Assembly: GCA_946547305.1 (NCBI GenBank)
Contig: CAMNOX010000005.1
Coordinates: 8,654 to 72,653 of the forward strand
Length of the DNA stretch: 64,000 bases
Reading direction: 5' to 3'
From: an uncultured Cytophagales bacterium
Lineage (GTDB): Bacteria > Bacteroidota > Bacteroidia > Cytophagales > Amoebophilaceae
In this document: one piece after another, positions 8,537 through 18,523 of the stretch
Position numbering within the stretch: the first letter of the stretch is position 1
Layout: the number at the start of each line of letters is the position of its first letter
Position numbers and translations under genes: made by a program
The notes under the pieces: generated by a model
The model's database searches: none
What the model saw: the letters and a program-made list of their open reading frames with translations, nothing else
What the model was told of the DNA's origin: nothing

Positions 8537-10240
8537 ATGGGCAATTTAATACACGTACTACCTGAATCGATAAGCGATAAAATAGCTGCAGGAGAAGTTG
8601 TACAAGGCCCTTCCTCAATAGTTAAGGAATTACTCGAGAATTCTGTTGATGCAAGAAGTACTGAAATTACACTAGTAGTTCAAGATTCCGGAAAAACATT
8701 AATACAGGTTATAGATAATGGAGTTGGAATGTCTAATAGTGATATTGTAATGTGTCTAAAAAAACATTCAACATCTAAGATAAAAGATATATCAGATCTA
8801 TATTCAATAACTACAATGGGGTTTAGAGGAGAAGCAATTGCTTCTATCATAGCTGTTAGCAAAGTCGAAATAATATCTAGTACATCAGGCTCAGAAATCG
8901 GGACAAAAATAGTCGTAGAAAATTCAAATATTATATCTAAAGAAAACGTCGTTAGTAAAAAAGGAACAATATTTACAGTAAAGAATATATTTTATAATAT
9001 GCCAGCTAGGAGGGCATTTTTAAAATCTGATAATTTAGAATTAATATACATAATGAGAGAATTCATAAGGATATCATTAGCAAATCCAACAATTACATTT
9101 AAATTCATAAGTAATGATGAGATAAAGTATGATTTAATAAGCTCAAATCTATTAAAGAGAATCTGCGATATATTCAGAAATAAAAATAAAAATAATCTCA
9201 TATGGTTTTCAGAGGACGTAGCGGTAATAAAAATTTATGGATACCTAGTAAAACCAACAGAAGCTAGGAAAACTGACGAAATGTTTATTTACGTTAATAA
9301 AAGGTATATTGTTAGTAATGACATAAAAACACAAATATTAAGTGCTTATAAAAATCTAATAACGACTGATAAAGCCTTTTGTATAATAAATATAGAAATC
9401 GATCCAAAAGACATAGACATAAACATTAGTCCCTCAAAAACGGAAATAAAATTCAAAAATGAGCAATTAGTTTACTCCCTTATATACAATGTAATCAAAA
9501 GAAAATTATATTATTGTCAAAATAAGGAATTAAATTTCGATCAAAATGATTATATTGATGTAAATTATACTAAGCCTCCTTTTAGTAATGAAAAAACTGA
9601 TTATGAGTGTGTAGATAAAAATATACTATTTGATGAAACAAATGGAGACTCAAATGATTATAAAAATAACCAGTTTAACAATGACAATGAAATCTCAGAT
9701 AATATTTTAGTTATAAATAATGAATACATAGTTTCAACTGTAAAATCAGGCCTAATATTAATAAACGCTAATCGTGCCTTAAAAAGAATAACATATGATA
9801 AAATCTTTAATTCATTAGATAAAAACAATATAAGTTCGCAACAATTATTATTTCCAAATAAATTATTTATTGATAGTGAATGGATATCAATATTAAGGGC
9901 TAATGAGACATTTTTAAAAAAACTAGGATTTATAATTGTATATGAGGCAATGTCGATTCTAGTTACAGGTATACCAAGTTTTGTAAATATAAAAAATATA
10001 AATGAAGTAATTGAATTAATTATCGACACTTTCAAATCTAAAAACAATTCCGACATCTATGAAAATATAGTAAAAAGAATTATTGACATAAAAGGAAATA
10101 TAAATTTAAAAAATCCAAATGAGGCAAAATCACTATTAAATAAATTATTTAGGTCAACAGAGAACATATATGACCCATTTGGTAAACGTATAATTGCGAT
10201 ACTTGACTCATGCAATTTGGATGATATTATTGACAATTAA
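8537..10240 (+). CDS. mutL: DNA mismatch repair protein MutL (C-terminal endonuclease motifs degenerate)
   Basis: GHKL ATPase motifs ELLENSVDA, DNGVGM and GFRGEAI are present. In the C-terminal domain NANRALKRITYD replaces DQHAxxExxxxE and DPFGKR replaces CPHGRP. Confidence 0.93.
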   Translation: MGNLIHVLPESISDKIAAGEVVQGPSSIVKELLENSVDARSTEITLVVQDSGKTLIQVIDNGVGMSNSDIVMCLKKHSTSKIKDISDLYSITTMGFRGEAIASIIAVSKVEIISSTSGSEIGTKIVVENSNIISKENVVSKKGTIFTVKNIFYNMPARRAFLKSDNLELIYIMREFIRISLANPTITFKFISNDEIKYDLISSNLLKRICDIFRNKNKNNLIWFSEDVAVIKIYGYLVKPTEARKTDEMFIYVNKRYIVSNDIKTQILSAYKNLITTDKAFCIINIEIDPKDIDINISPSKTEIKFKNEQLVYSLIYNVIKRKLYYCQNKELNFDQNDYIDVNYTKPPFSNEKTDYECVDKNILFDETNGDSNDYKNNQFNNDNEISDNILVINNEYIVSTVKSGLILINANRALKRITYDKIFNSLDKNNISSQQLLFPNKLFIDSEWISILRANETFLKKLGFIIVYEAMSILVTGIPSFVNIKNINEVIELIIDTFKSKNNSDIYENIVKRIIDIKGNINLKNPNEAKSLLNKLFRSTENIYDPFGKRIIAILDSCNLDDIIDN

Positions 10241-10263
10241 GTATTTTTGAATAATATAAAACT

Positions 10264-11121
10264 ATGGATAGTAAAAAAATAGGATTCTATGGAGGGAAAA
10301 TGCTACCATTACATATTGGGCATATTTTCTCAATATTACATGCGGCGTCAAGAGTAGATGAGTTACATGTTTTTTTATTCGTAAATACTTTAAATGAAGA
10401 AGAGTTAATATCAAAAAGTAAGTTTCCAAAAGACTTATTAAAACCAGATATCAGAGAATTAATACTAAAATACGAATTTGAGGAATATAGTAATATAAAA
10501 ACGCACACAATAGATTGTAAAAAATACTTTAAGCCAGGCAAAGATGGGTGGGATTATAATTCACCGATAGTTATAGATTCTGCTGGGTGTCTACCAAATG
10601 TGATTTTTATAAATGAAATAAATCAAAAAGAATACCTTGAAAAGATATATCCATTTGCAGAATTCGAACTAATAGATGAAAATAGAGCCCTTTTCGATAT
10701 AAGTTCAACAAAAATAAGAGAAGAAGGGGCATTTAAAAATTGGGAGTTCCTTACAAAAAGCTATAGGTCATTATGCGCCAAATCGATAGTTATACTAGGT
10801 AATCAAACCTATAGAAATAGGTTAATTCTTGATTTATCGAAATTATTCAATACTTCATTTATAGGGGATATAAATTGTAGTGAAGCTGAAATTAAAAAAA
10901 AAATACTAGATGCGAGATTCAACTCAAACAGGGTATTTTTTATAAATTCAATAGATAATGAAGAAAAATATATACCATTCTACAAACTCCACAATTACAG
11001 ATTTTCAATCAATTTTACAGAAGAAGAGATAGAAAAATATCAGTCAATAAATCTCTATGGAGAATATGATAAAATCTTTAAGCAAGGAGTTTTAAGAATA
11101 AAATCAATAATATCAAGTTGA
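10264..11121 (+). CDS. NadR-like nucleotidyltransferase (HIGH-type) with a degenerate C-terminal kinase-like half
   Basis: N-terminal GFYGGKMLPLHIGH, which fits the GxFxPxHxGH cytidylyltransferase-fold motif. In the C-terminal half the expected P-loop position reads ILGNQTYRNR. Confidence 0.55.
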   Translation: MDSKKIGFYGGKMLPLHIGHIFSILHAASRVDELHVFLFVNTLNEEELISKSKFPKDLLKPDIRELILKYEFEEYSNIKTHTIDCKKYFKPGKDGWDYNSPIVIDSAGCLPNVIFINEINQKEYLEKIYPFAEFELIDENRALFDISSTKIREEGAFKNWEFLTKSYRSLCAKSIVILGNQTYRNRLILDLSKLFNTSFIGDINCSEAEIKKKILDARFNSNRVFFINSIDNEEKYIPFYKLHNYRFSINFTEEEIEKYQSINLYGEYDKIFKQGVLRIKSIISS

Positions 11122-11141
11122 AATGAAATTAAGCTAAATAA

Positions 11142-12005
11142 CTACATATAAAAGTATGATTCTCTCAAATTAACCTTCTCATCTTCAAAAAGATCAATAT
11201 TAAATAGGAAATTAATACAAAACTCAATATTATAGGATTTTTTTGCATATCCATACCCATACAGATCATGATGTTCAGATATGCTTCTTTTCACCTTATC
11301 ATTGTAACTCTTTAGATTAAAATTCAAAAACGTTATCCTAAAATTTGCATTTATATAGAAAAACCTAATAAGTCTTATTCTATTACCTAATTCTAAATTA
11401 AACCAGAGCCAAAGTTTCTTATCTTTAAACGTATTATCGGGACTATTTTCAGTGTTATCAGTATCGGTCTCGCTATAAGACGTCATATTAAAATTTACCC
11501 CTCCACCTATATAGAATGCATTTCTAAATGAATTCTTCTTCAAAAAATTATAATACACACATGGATTAATAAAAAACGCTGTTGTTTTTTTAATATAGTT
11601 TATACCAAAAAACTTAGTTTCAATATTCCATCGTAGTATCCCAAAATTTGTCGCAAATAAAATTCTATTAAAGCCAGTATCAACCTTCAGTCTAAAATCT
11701 AAAAGATTATTGGTTTTTGCGTCATCAATATTATTAAAATTTGTAAAAAAATTATACAGCAACGTAAAAGGATCAAAACCAAAACCAATAAAATAAGGTT
11801 TAGTACTGAATTTAGTCTTCTTTTTAACCTGACTAACAGCGCTTTTTTTATTTACCTCAGTCCCTATCTTTGCATCTGTGTTTTTATTATTAGATTTTAC
11901 TACATCATCTACATTAGCGTTCTGAGATCTATTACTAACACTACTCTTTAAGTCAGATGAATAAATAAAATTACAACTCAATGCTAAAAGTACACTCCTC
12001 ACCAT
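11142..12005 (-). CDS. hypothetical outer-membrane beta-barrel-like protein
   Basis: 287 aa. Signal-like N-terminus and an aromatic-rich alternating sequence. No motif-level identification. Confidence 0.45.
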   Translation of the reverse strand: MVRSVLLALSCNFIYSSDLKSSVSNRSQNANVDDVVKSNNKNTDAKIGTEVNKKSAVSQVKKKTKFSTKPYFIGFGFDPFTLLYNFFTNFNNIDDAKTNNLLDFRLKVDTGFNRILFATNFGILRWNIETKFFGINYIKKTTAFFINPCVYYNFLKKNSFRNAFYIGGGVNFNMTSYSETDTDNTENSPDNTFKDKKLWLWFNLELGNRIRLIRFFYINANFRITFLNFNLKSYNDKVKRSISEHHDLYGYGYAKKSYNIEFCINFLFNIDLFEDEKVNLRESYFYM

Positions 12006-12708
12006 TTTTTATTTTTTTTTCTTCCAAAAGAACACCGTTCCAATAAATTTTTGCGCTAACAATAAAAAAACTAGTATGAGCAATAGTCGCCCTGTTGACT
12101 TCTACTGTTAGAATCTTGTTAACGCCTTTAAAATATATATCATGTACATACGAAGCATTAAAAGCAAATGCAAAATTATTGAGGTTTACAACAATCTTTT
12201 TATAATCCTTATATAAATCAAAATCATCATCACTAAATATAATATCACCATCACCCTTTCGATTTAATTTATAAAAAACTCTCTTATTTGCACCTGACTT
12301 AAAAAAAAAGAAATTTAAACCTTCATGTATAAAATCTACATTCCCAGTTTTATATCCGTCACCAACTATATTATTCAATTTAAACAAATAACCCTGTTCC
12401 ACATATTTTTGATTTTTCTCCAACTCAAACTCTGGGTCCTCACTAAAAAATTGATTTTCCTCATTGTAATAAAAAAATAAGTGGTCTTTTTTAGAAGAAT
12501 CAGTATCACCATACCTTAAATAAAAATCGGCATATACATCGCCAAGATCCTTAGGATTTTTTATATCTAGAACAATTTTTGCTGTATCATTTTCACTAAA
12601 GTAGTAAACTGATACAGGTTTTTTACCACAACGTCTACAACAAAAAAGAATGCTAGGACTAATTATGCCGTACACCAACATATATGTAAAAACATTAAAA
12701 ACATTCAT
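11971..12708 (-). CDS. hypothetical secreted protein with CC-RR-C-GKK motif after the leader
   Basis: 245 aa. Leader ...GIISPSILFCCRRCGKKP. The 3' end overlaps the next ORF by 35 nt. Confidence 0.55.
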   Translation of the reverse strand: MNVFNVFTYMLVYGIISPSILFCCRRCGKKPVSVYYFSENDTAKIVLDIKNPKDLGDVYADFYLRYGDTDSSKKDHLFFYYNEENQFFSEDPEFELEKNQKYVEQGYLFKLNNIVGDGYKTGNVDFIHEGLNFFFFKSGANKRVFYKLNRKGDGDIIFSDDDFDLYKDYKKIVVNLNNFAFAFNASYVHDIYFKGVNKILTVEVNRATIAHTSFFIVSAKIYWNGVLLEEKKIKNGEECTFSIEL

Positions 12709-12793
12709 CTGATAGCCTTACAGTTTAAAAGCTAAATTATTTACAAAATAAATTTTTAAAAATAACCACTTTTATTTAGTTATATAATAATAT

Positions 12794-12867
12794 GGCGAGA
12801 TAGCTTAGTTGGTTAGAGCGATAGATTCATATCCTATAGGTCAGGAGTTCGACTCTCCTTCTCGCTA
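12794..12867 (+). tRNA. tRNA with CAT anticodon (elongator Met or lysidine-modified Ile2; not initiator-like)
   Basis: Fold: GGCGAGA-TA-GCTT-AGTTGGTTA-GAGC-G-ATAGA-TTCATAT-CCTAT-AGGTC-AGGAG-TTCGACT-CTCCT-TCTCGCT-A. The anticodon stem has no triple G-C and positions 1:72 are paired. It ends 3 nt before trmD. Confidence 0.85.
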
Positions 12868-12870
12868 CTT

Positions 12871-13566
12871 ATGAGAATAGACGTACTGTCATGTTTACCT
12901 AATTTAATGACAAGTTTTATGTCCTATTCAATAATAAAAAGAGCAATCGATTCTAATCTATTACAACTAAATTTTCATAATCTACATGATTTCGCTTCTG
13001 GAAAACATAAAAAGATAGATGACTACGCATATTCTGGCACTCCAGGATTAGTTCTTAAACTCGAGCCTATAGATAGATGTATTGAATTTTTAAAAAAAAG
13101 TAATGATGAAAAATATGATGAAATTATTTATATGGCTCCAGATGGAGAAATATTAAATCAAAAAATCGCCCAAGAAATGTCTAATAAACGAAATCTAATT
13201 ATCCTTTGTGGTCATTATAAAGGTGTTGACGAACGCGTAAGAGAGCATTACATAACAAGAGAAATAAGCATCGGAGAATATGTACTTTCTGGTGGAGAGA
13301 TACCTGCTTGTGTTTTAATAGATTCTATTGTTAGATTAATTCCAGGAGCCATAAACAATATTAACTCTGCACTTGAAGATTCGTTTCAAGATGACAAATA
13401 CGTAATAGCTCCACCAGTCTACACACGGCCAAAAATTTATAATAATTTAAAAGTACCAGAAATATTACTATCAGGTAATACAAAACTAATAAACGAATGG
13501 CTAAATAATGAAAGTAAAAAAAGAACAGAAAAGTATAACAAACTTAACAATAAAAATCTTACTTAA
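12871..13566 (+). CDS. trmD: tRNA (guanine37-N1)-methyltransferase
   Basis: MRIDVLSCLP..., IDDYAYSGTPGLVLKLEPI and SIGEYVLSGGE are characteristic TrmD motifs. Confidence 0.92.
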   Translation: MRIDVLSCLPNLMTSFMSYSIIKRAIDSNLLQLNFHNLHDFASGKHKKIDDYAYSGTPGLVLKLEPIDRCIEFLKKSNDEKYDEIIYMAPDGEILNQKIAQEMSNKRNLIILCGHYKGVDERVREHYITREISIGEYVLSGGEIPACVLIDSIVRLIPGAINNINSALEDSFQDDKYVIAPPVYTRPKIYNNLKVPEILLSGNTKLINEWLNNESKKRTEKYNKLNNKNLT

Positions 13567-14041
13567 CCTTACAATTCTTTAAACTAGATTTCAATATATT
13601 GATGAATATATCACTTTCTAATTTAGATCTAAAAGCAGATACAGGAACATATATAATGTGGGCAGTAGCAAGAAATAAAACTGTATAGCTACTTCTAAAT
13701 TTTACTTTTTTTACTTGATCCCAATTAATTATTGCCATATTGTTATCCGTAACACATATTTTTATACATTCATCAGAAAAAATATAAAATACCTTAGCAA
13801 ATATTATTTCACTCTGTGGTAAATACTGAATCCCTATCAAATTTATAGCCCAAAATAAAAAATATAGTACCTCTAATATAGATATTGTGATTATTAACCA
13901 TTTCATTTTTGCGTAAATAGAATAACCTAATATTGTATTAAATATAAAAATTACCCACCATTGTGTAAAAATTATATTCTTATAACACTCTCTAAAATAT
14001 ATACCAGTAGGTATCGAATACTTCTTAGTACGTATCTCCAT
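13559..14041 (-). CDS. small two-TM membrane protein, YcxB-like (tentative)
   Basis: 160 aa. Two hydrophobic helices followed by a soluble tail with ...WDQVKKVKF...LFLATAHIIYVPVSAF. Converges on trmD with an 8-nt overlap. Confidence 0.45.
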   Translation of the reverse strand: MEIRTKKYSIPTGIYFRECYKNIIFTQWWVIFIFNTILGYSIYAKMKWLIITISILEVLYFLFWAINLIGIQYLPQSEIIFAKVFYIFSDECIKICVTDNNMAIINWDQVKKVKFRSSYTVLFLATAHIIYVPVSAFRSKLESDIFINILKSSLKNCKVK

Positions 14042-14156
14042 ATCCCTATATTTACTAATAAATATTTTTTTTAATGCATCTAATTATAGTAGTTTTTTTT
14101 TAGCTTATAATTTATAGACAAATTTTTGTTTTTTTAAATATTAATTACAAATGTAA

Positions 14157-14744
14157 ATGTTTTACGGGACGAAAGATGCAGGCATAATAATTAAAGCAAT
14201 AAAAGATGGGAAAATTGTTGTTGTTCCAACAGATACATTGTTTGGATTGTGTTGCGATGTAAATAATATAACATCTGTTAGAAGAATATATGAAATAAAA
14301 AATAGGCCTTTTACATTACCATTATCTATAGCCGTTAAAAATAAAGATTATATATATAAAATCACAAAAAATGTATCTAAAAAGGCAGAAGAGATAATAG
14401 ATACATATTTTCCAGGTCAAGTAACCATCGTTCTAGAAAAAAATAACCTAATACCTGATATCGTAACAGCAAATAGTAAATATGTGGGGATTAGAATCCC
14501 AAATGACGAAAAGTTGTTATATATATTAAACGAACTTGACTCTCCAATAGTATTAACTAGCGCTAATTTACACGGTTATGAAAATTGCCAAAACTTTGAT
14601 GATGTAAAAAAACAAATTGGCGACGAGATTGATTATGTCTATAATGTTTCAACTAAAGTCAACAATAAATGCTCAACGATAGTAAGGGTTATCAATAATA
14701 ATGCTGAAATATTGCGAAATGGAGTAATAAATATTATCATTTAA
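14157..14744 (+). CDS. tsaC: L-threonylcarbamoyladenylate synthase (YrdC/TsaC type)
   Basis: VVVPTDTLFGLCCD, IKNRPFTLPLSI and LTSANLHG, at single-domain YrdC length (195 aa). Confidence 0.85.
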   Translation: MFYGTKDAGIIIKAIKDGKIVVVPTDTLFGLCCDVNNITSVRRIYEIKNRPFTLPLSIAVKNKDYIYKITKNVSKKAEEIIDTYFPGQVTIVLEKNNLIPDIVTANSKYVGIRIPNDEKLLYILNELDSPIVLTSANLHGYENCQNFDDVKKQIGDEIDYVYNVSTKVNNKCSTIVRVINNNAEILRNGVINIII

Positions 14745-14749
14745 GTAAT

Positions 14750-15421
14750 ATGGTTAACATAATTAGTTTCTTAAGGGCAAACAAAAATATAATCATTGTA
14801 TTTTCTCTAGTTACGTTTTATTCGACGTTTATATGTTATCAATGTCCAATATTTATAGTTAAGTTGCTTGGACTTGGAAGGCATGACGTATGTATTAATT
14901 TTATAGATAATCGCATCCCATTTATTGATTGGTTTGTAATATATTATGTTTATTATTACCTACATGTGTTCGTATTTGGATTTATAATGGTGCTTTCTAA
15001 TAAAAAAATATTTCTTGAATATATAGTAAATATTGTACTATCATGTACAACCGGTTTTATAATTTTTATAATCTTTCCTACATATTTTACCTTCCAACAT
15101 AATAGTCAAACTTTCCCTCTATTTTTTAAATTGGGTAAAGTAGTAGATATTGAATGTAATGCCTTACCTTCTTTTCATGTACTCAAAACATATTTAGTAT
15201 TTAGATATTTCATAAAGCTCAATATAGATGTAATGTCAAAAATATTATTTACCATTGTCTCAATTTTAATATGTCTTAGTACAGTTTTTATTAAAGTACA
15301 TGGATTCATCGATATCCCAGCAGCAATGTTGATTGCTGAAATTAATATTTATTTAGTTAAAAGATACAGATTGTGCGATGTCTTTATGAATCAATTGACT
15401 AAAATAAAATTAGAATTTTGA
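14750..15421 (+). CDS. polytopic membrane protein, PAP2-like (tentative)
   Basis: 223 aa with about 6 TM segments. LPSFHV and VHGFIDIP resemble PAP2 C2/C3 motifs (SGH / H...D). Confidence 0.4.
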   Translation: MVNIISFLRANKNIIIVFSLVTFYSTFICYQCPIFIVKLLGLGRHDVCINFIDNRIPFIDWFVIYYVYYYLHVFVFGFIMVLSNKKIFLEYIVNIVLSCTTGFIIFIIFPTYFTFQHNSQTFPLFFKLGKVVDIECNALPSFHVLKTYLVFRYFIKLNIDVMSKILFTIVSILICLSTVFIKVHGFIDIPAAMLIAEINIYLVKRYRLCDVFMNQLTKIKLEF

Positions 15422-15452
15422 AAGTTTTGATTTTAATATTATACGATTTAGT

Positions 15453-16529
15453 ATGAGCGACGTAAATAAAGATTTCTTCTTTAAATACATGAACGCAAAT
15501 GCTCCATCTGGTTACGAATATTCAGGTCAGAAAATATGGATGGACTATGTAAAGCAATATTCTGATGAGATCATAACAAGACCTTACGGAAATGTAATTG
15601 CAGTAGTCAATGGCAGCAGTGATTTTAAAGTTGTAATTGAGGCACATTCAGATGAAATATCGTGGGGTGTTAATTATATAACCAAAGAGGGGTACATATA
15701 TGTTGATAGAAATGGTGGATCAGACTATGATATAGCACCAGGAATGCGAGGTTATGTACATTTAGATAATGGAGAGAAAATATTGGGAGTATTCGGTTTA
15801 GCACCTATACATATTAAAAGAAAGTCAGAGGATCACAAATTGCCAAATATTGAAAATGTTGTATTCGACTGTGGGTGTGAAAGTGATAAAGAAGTATTAG
15901 AAAAGGGTATTCATCCAGGATCTATAATAACTTTTGTTGGTGATTTGCAGGGAATAAATAATGATAAATACTATATTTGTAGGGCCTTTGATAATAGGGC
16001 TGGGGGTATTGCAATAGCAGAAGTCGCAAGAAAATTAAAAGAGAACAATATTAAATTACCTTTTACTTTATATGTTTGTAATTGTGTTCAGGAGGAGGTT
16101 GGATTGTTAGGTGCTAGAATGGCAGCTGATTTTATTAAACCTGATTTAGCAATATGTACAGATGTATGTCATGATACACAGTCTCCATACTATAATAAAA
16201 TAAAAGATGGTGACCTTAAATGTGGTAATGGACCAGTTGTTACATATTCTACAAGTATACATATCGGTTTAAGGAAATTAATTGAAAGAGTTGCAAAAAA
16301 TACTAATATAAACATACAGTTAGCTTTCTCTTCAGGAACTACTTATACAGATACAGATGCTTTTGCGTATAGAAACGGTGGTACTCCATCGGCTTTAATA
16401 TCTCTAGCTACTAAATATTTACATTCACCAGTTGAGATGATATCGTACAAGGATTTACATTTTGTTATTGAATTAATATACAACGTATTACTGAATATTG
16501 ATGCAAACTTCAATAAAAGTAACTTTTAA
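15453..16529 (+). CDS. M42 family metallopeptidase (glutamyl aminopeptidase/FrvX-like)
   Basis: APSGYE, EAHSDEI, AFDNRAGG and QEEVGLLGA motifs. Confidence 0.85.
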   Translation: MSDVNKDFFFKYMNANAPSGYEYSGQKIWMDYVKQYSDEIITRPYGNVIAVVNGSSDFKVVIEAHSDEISWGVNYITKEGYIYVDRNGGSDYDIAPGMRGYVHLDNGEKILGVFGLAPIHIKRKSEDHKLPNIENVVFDCGCESDKEVLEKGIHPGSIITFVGDLQGINNDKYYICRAFDNRAGGIAIAEVARKLKENNIKLPFTLYVCNCVQEEVGLLGARMAADFIKPDLAICTDVCHDTQSPYYNKIKDGDLKCGNGPVVTYSTSIHIGLRKLIERVAKNTNINIQLAFSSGTTYTDTDAFAYRNGGTPSALISLATKYLHSPVEMISYKDLHFVIELIYNVLLNIDANFNKSNF

Positions 16530-16544
16530 TATTATTTACAAAAT

Positions 16545-17798
16545 ATGAAAAAAAGGTTATTTGTTTTAAAGCTAGTTTTAGTGAATGTAATTTTGATTCC
16601 TCATTTACCTTTCGCTATATCAATATTTAAAAATATTTTTTTTAAAGTACCAAAGAATAAAGATAAAGCAATAATAATTGTTCCTGGTATAGGATGTTCA
16701 ACATTACATTATCTAGGGAAAACAAATAATACATATAAACACGGTGAATGTGTCTTTTTTAGGGGGGATATGTATACTTGGAGTCTACTAGATTTGAAGG
16801 ATTCTGCTTTGAAAGCACTACGGAATTATAGATTACTTTGTTGTAATAAAGATGGTACTCCTCTATACAAAAATGTTGGGTTACTAACCGATTATACTGA
16901 TGTGGATGGATATGATGTTAATTTATCTAAATATGGTTTTTCATTAATGTTTAAAAAAATAATTGACTTTCTCACACAGAAATATGGTGAAAATACGAAT
17001 TATAAATACAAAGTTTACCTATATAATTACGATTGGAGGCTTAGTAATGAAGTTAATGGGCGCGCATTATATAATGAGCTAAAGAAATATGGTGGAGGTG
17101 TAATATTAATAGGATTTTCAATGGGTAATTTAGTATCATGTAAAGCTGCTGCTCTGTTATACAATGATAATGATTTGAATCGAATAAAGGCTTTTATATC
17201 TACTTTCCCACCATATAATGGTTCACTAAATGCTATAAAATTTCTAAAAACCGGTATGATGGACTATCCACTATTTAACATATTGAATAAAGTATTTAGG
17301 ATAAATACAGTATTAAAGATGCTTAGTTTAAATTATTCATCAATGTACGAACTAATCCCAAATAAACAATTTTTTAAAAGACGAAAAGGATTTTTGTATG
17401 ATACTGATAATTGTAGGTTAAATTACAGGCAGACGATATTATACTTGAAAAATGATAAAAATATTAATAAAATGCTATTAAATAACGCTGTAAAGTTTCA
17501 TAATAATCTATATATCGGTGGAAAACATATCTTAGATTACATAAAAAACAAAGTATTCTTTATAGGTGTCGGTTATAAAACAGAAGATGCCTTACTCATT
17601 GATAGGAAATATATAAACGTAGTCAAAAATATGTCATATTCAGATGGTGATGGTACTGTTAATAGTAAATTTGGAGCATACCCTCCATGCGATGTTGATG
17701 AAGAAGATATTATCTATGTAAAGTGCAGACATAATGAATTATTTAGCAACACAAAGTTTCTAATAGAATTATCTAACGCTGTAGATATGTATGTATAA
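16545..17798 (+). CDS. LCAT-like alpha/beta-hydrolase (phospholipase/acyltransferase family) with signal peptide
   Basis: IIVPGIGCSTL, YNYDWRLS (the LCAT-family YDWR motif), the nucleophile elbow GFSMGN, and a late DGDGTV. Confidence 0.7.
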   Translation: MKKRLFVLKLVLVNVILIPHLPFAISIFKNIFFKVPKNKDKAIIIVPGIGCSTLHYLGKTNNTYKHGECVFFRGDMYTWSLLDLKDSALKALRNYRLLCCNKDGTPLYKNVGLLTDYTDVDGYDVNLSKYGFSLMFKKIIDFLTQKYGENTNYKYKVYLYNYDWRLSNEVNGRALYNELKKYGGGVILIGFSMGNLVSCKAAALLYNDNDLNRIKAFISTFPPYNGSLNAIKFLKTGMMDYPLFNILNKVFRINTVLKMLSLNYSSMYELIPNKQFFKRRKGFLYDTDNCRLNYRQTILYLKNDKNINKMLLNNAVKFHNNLYIGGKHILDYIKNKVFFIGVGYKTEDALLIDRKYINVVKNMSYSDGDGTVNSKFGAYPPCDVDEEDIIYVKCRHNELFSNTKFLIELSNAVDMYV

Positions 17799-17832
17799 AT
17801 ATTATCTATCAAATAAAATAACCTGACAGTCT

Positions 17833-18510
17833 ATGATATTATATGATTTAATAAATTTAGCCTTCCCAAGTTGTTGTTATTATTGTGACAATACTCTTGA
17901 AACTGAATTATATGTTTGCAATAGATGTTTGGGTAATATAAAAAAAACAAATTATCATCAAATACCAAAAAGAAATGAGTTATATACACTTCTAAATGAT
18001 CCTGAAATTAATGGGGCTTTTTCAATGTATTACTATGAGGAATCAGGTATACTTCAGAGATTAATATATAAATTGAAGTATAATCACAAAAAAAATATAG
18101 GTATTTGGATGGGAGAAATTTATGGAAAGATATTACAAAGAGAATACATATGTAATTTCGATTATATAATTCCTGTACCGTTACACAAAAGCAAAGAATC
18201 GTTAAGGGGATATAATCAAAGCAAAATGATAGCTATAGGTTTAAATAAATATATTTCTGGATGTATTAATGATAATTCACTAATAAAAATAAGGGATACA
18301 GCATCTCAGACGCTTAAAAACAAAAATAAAAGAAGAACGGATATAATAGGATCATTTAGATTAATGAATGCAGAGCTATTGAATAATAAAAATATATTGC
18401 TAGTCGATGATATAATAACTAGCGGATCAACAATATTAGAATGTATAAAAACGATAAAAGAAGGAGTAAATTGCAATATTACAGTCTGTTCGATAGGCAG
18501 AACTAGATAA
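17833..18510 (+). CDS. comF: ComF-family phosphoribosyltransferase
   Basis: N-terminal Cys4 (CCYYC...CNRC) and PRTase motif ILLVDDIITSGST. Confidence 0.85.
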   Translation: MILYDLINLAFPSCCYYCDNTLETELYVCNRCLGNIKKTNYHQIPKRNELYTLLNDPEINGAFSMYYYEESGILQRLIYKLKYNHKKNIGIWMGEIYGKILQREYICNFDYIIPVPLHKSKESLRGYNQSKMIAIGLNKYISGCINDNSLIKIRDTASQTLKNKNKRRTDIIGSFRLMNAELLNNKNILLVDDIITSGSTILECIKTIKEGVNCNITVCSIGRTR

Positions 18511-18523
18511 TTAATTTAAATCA

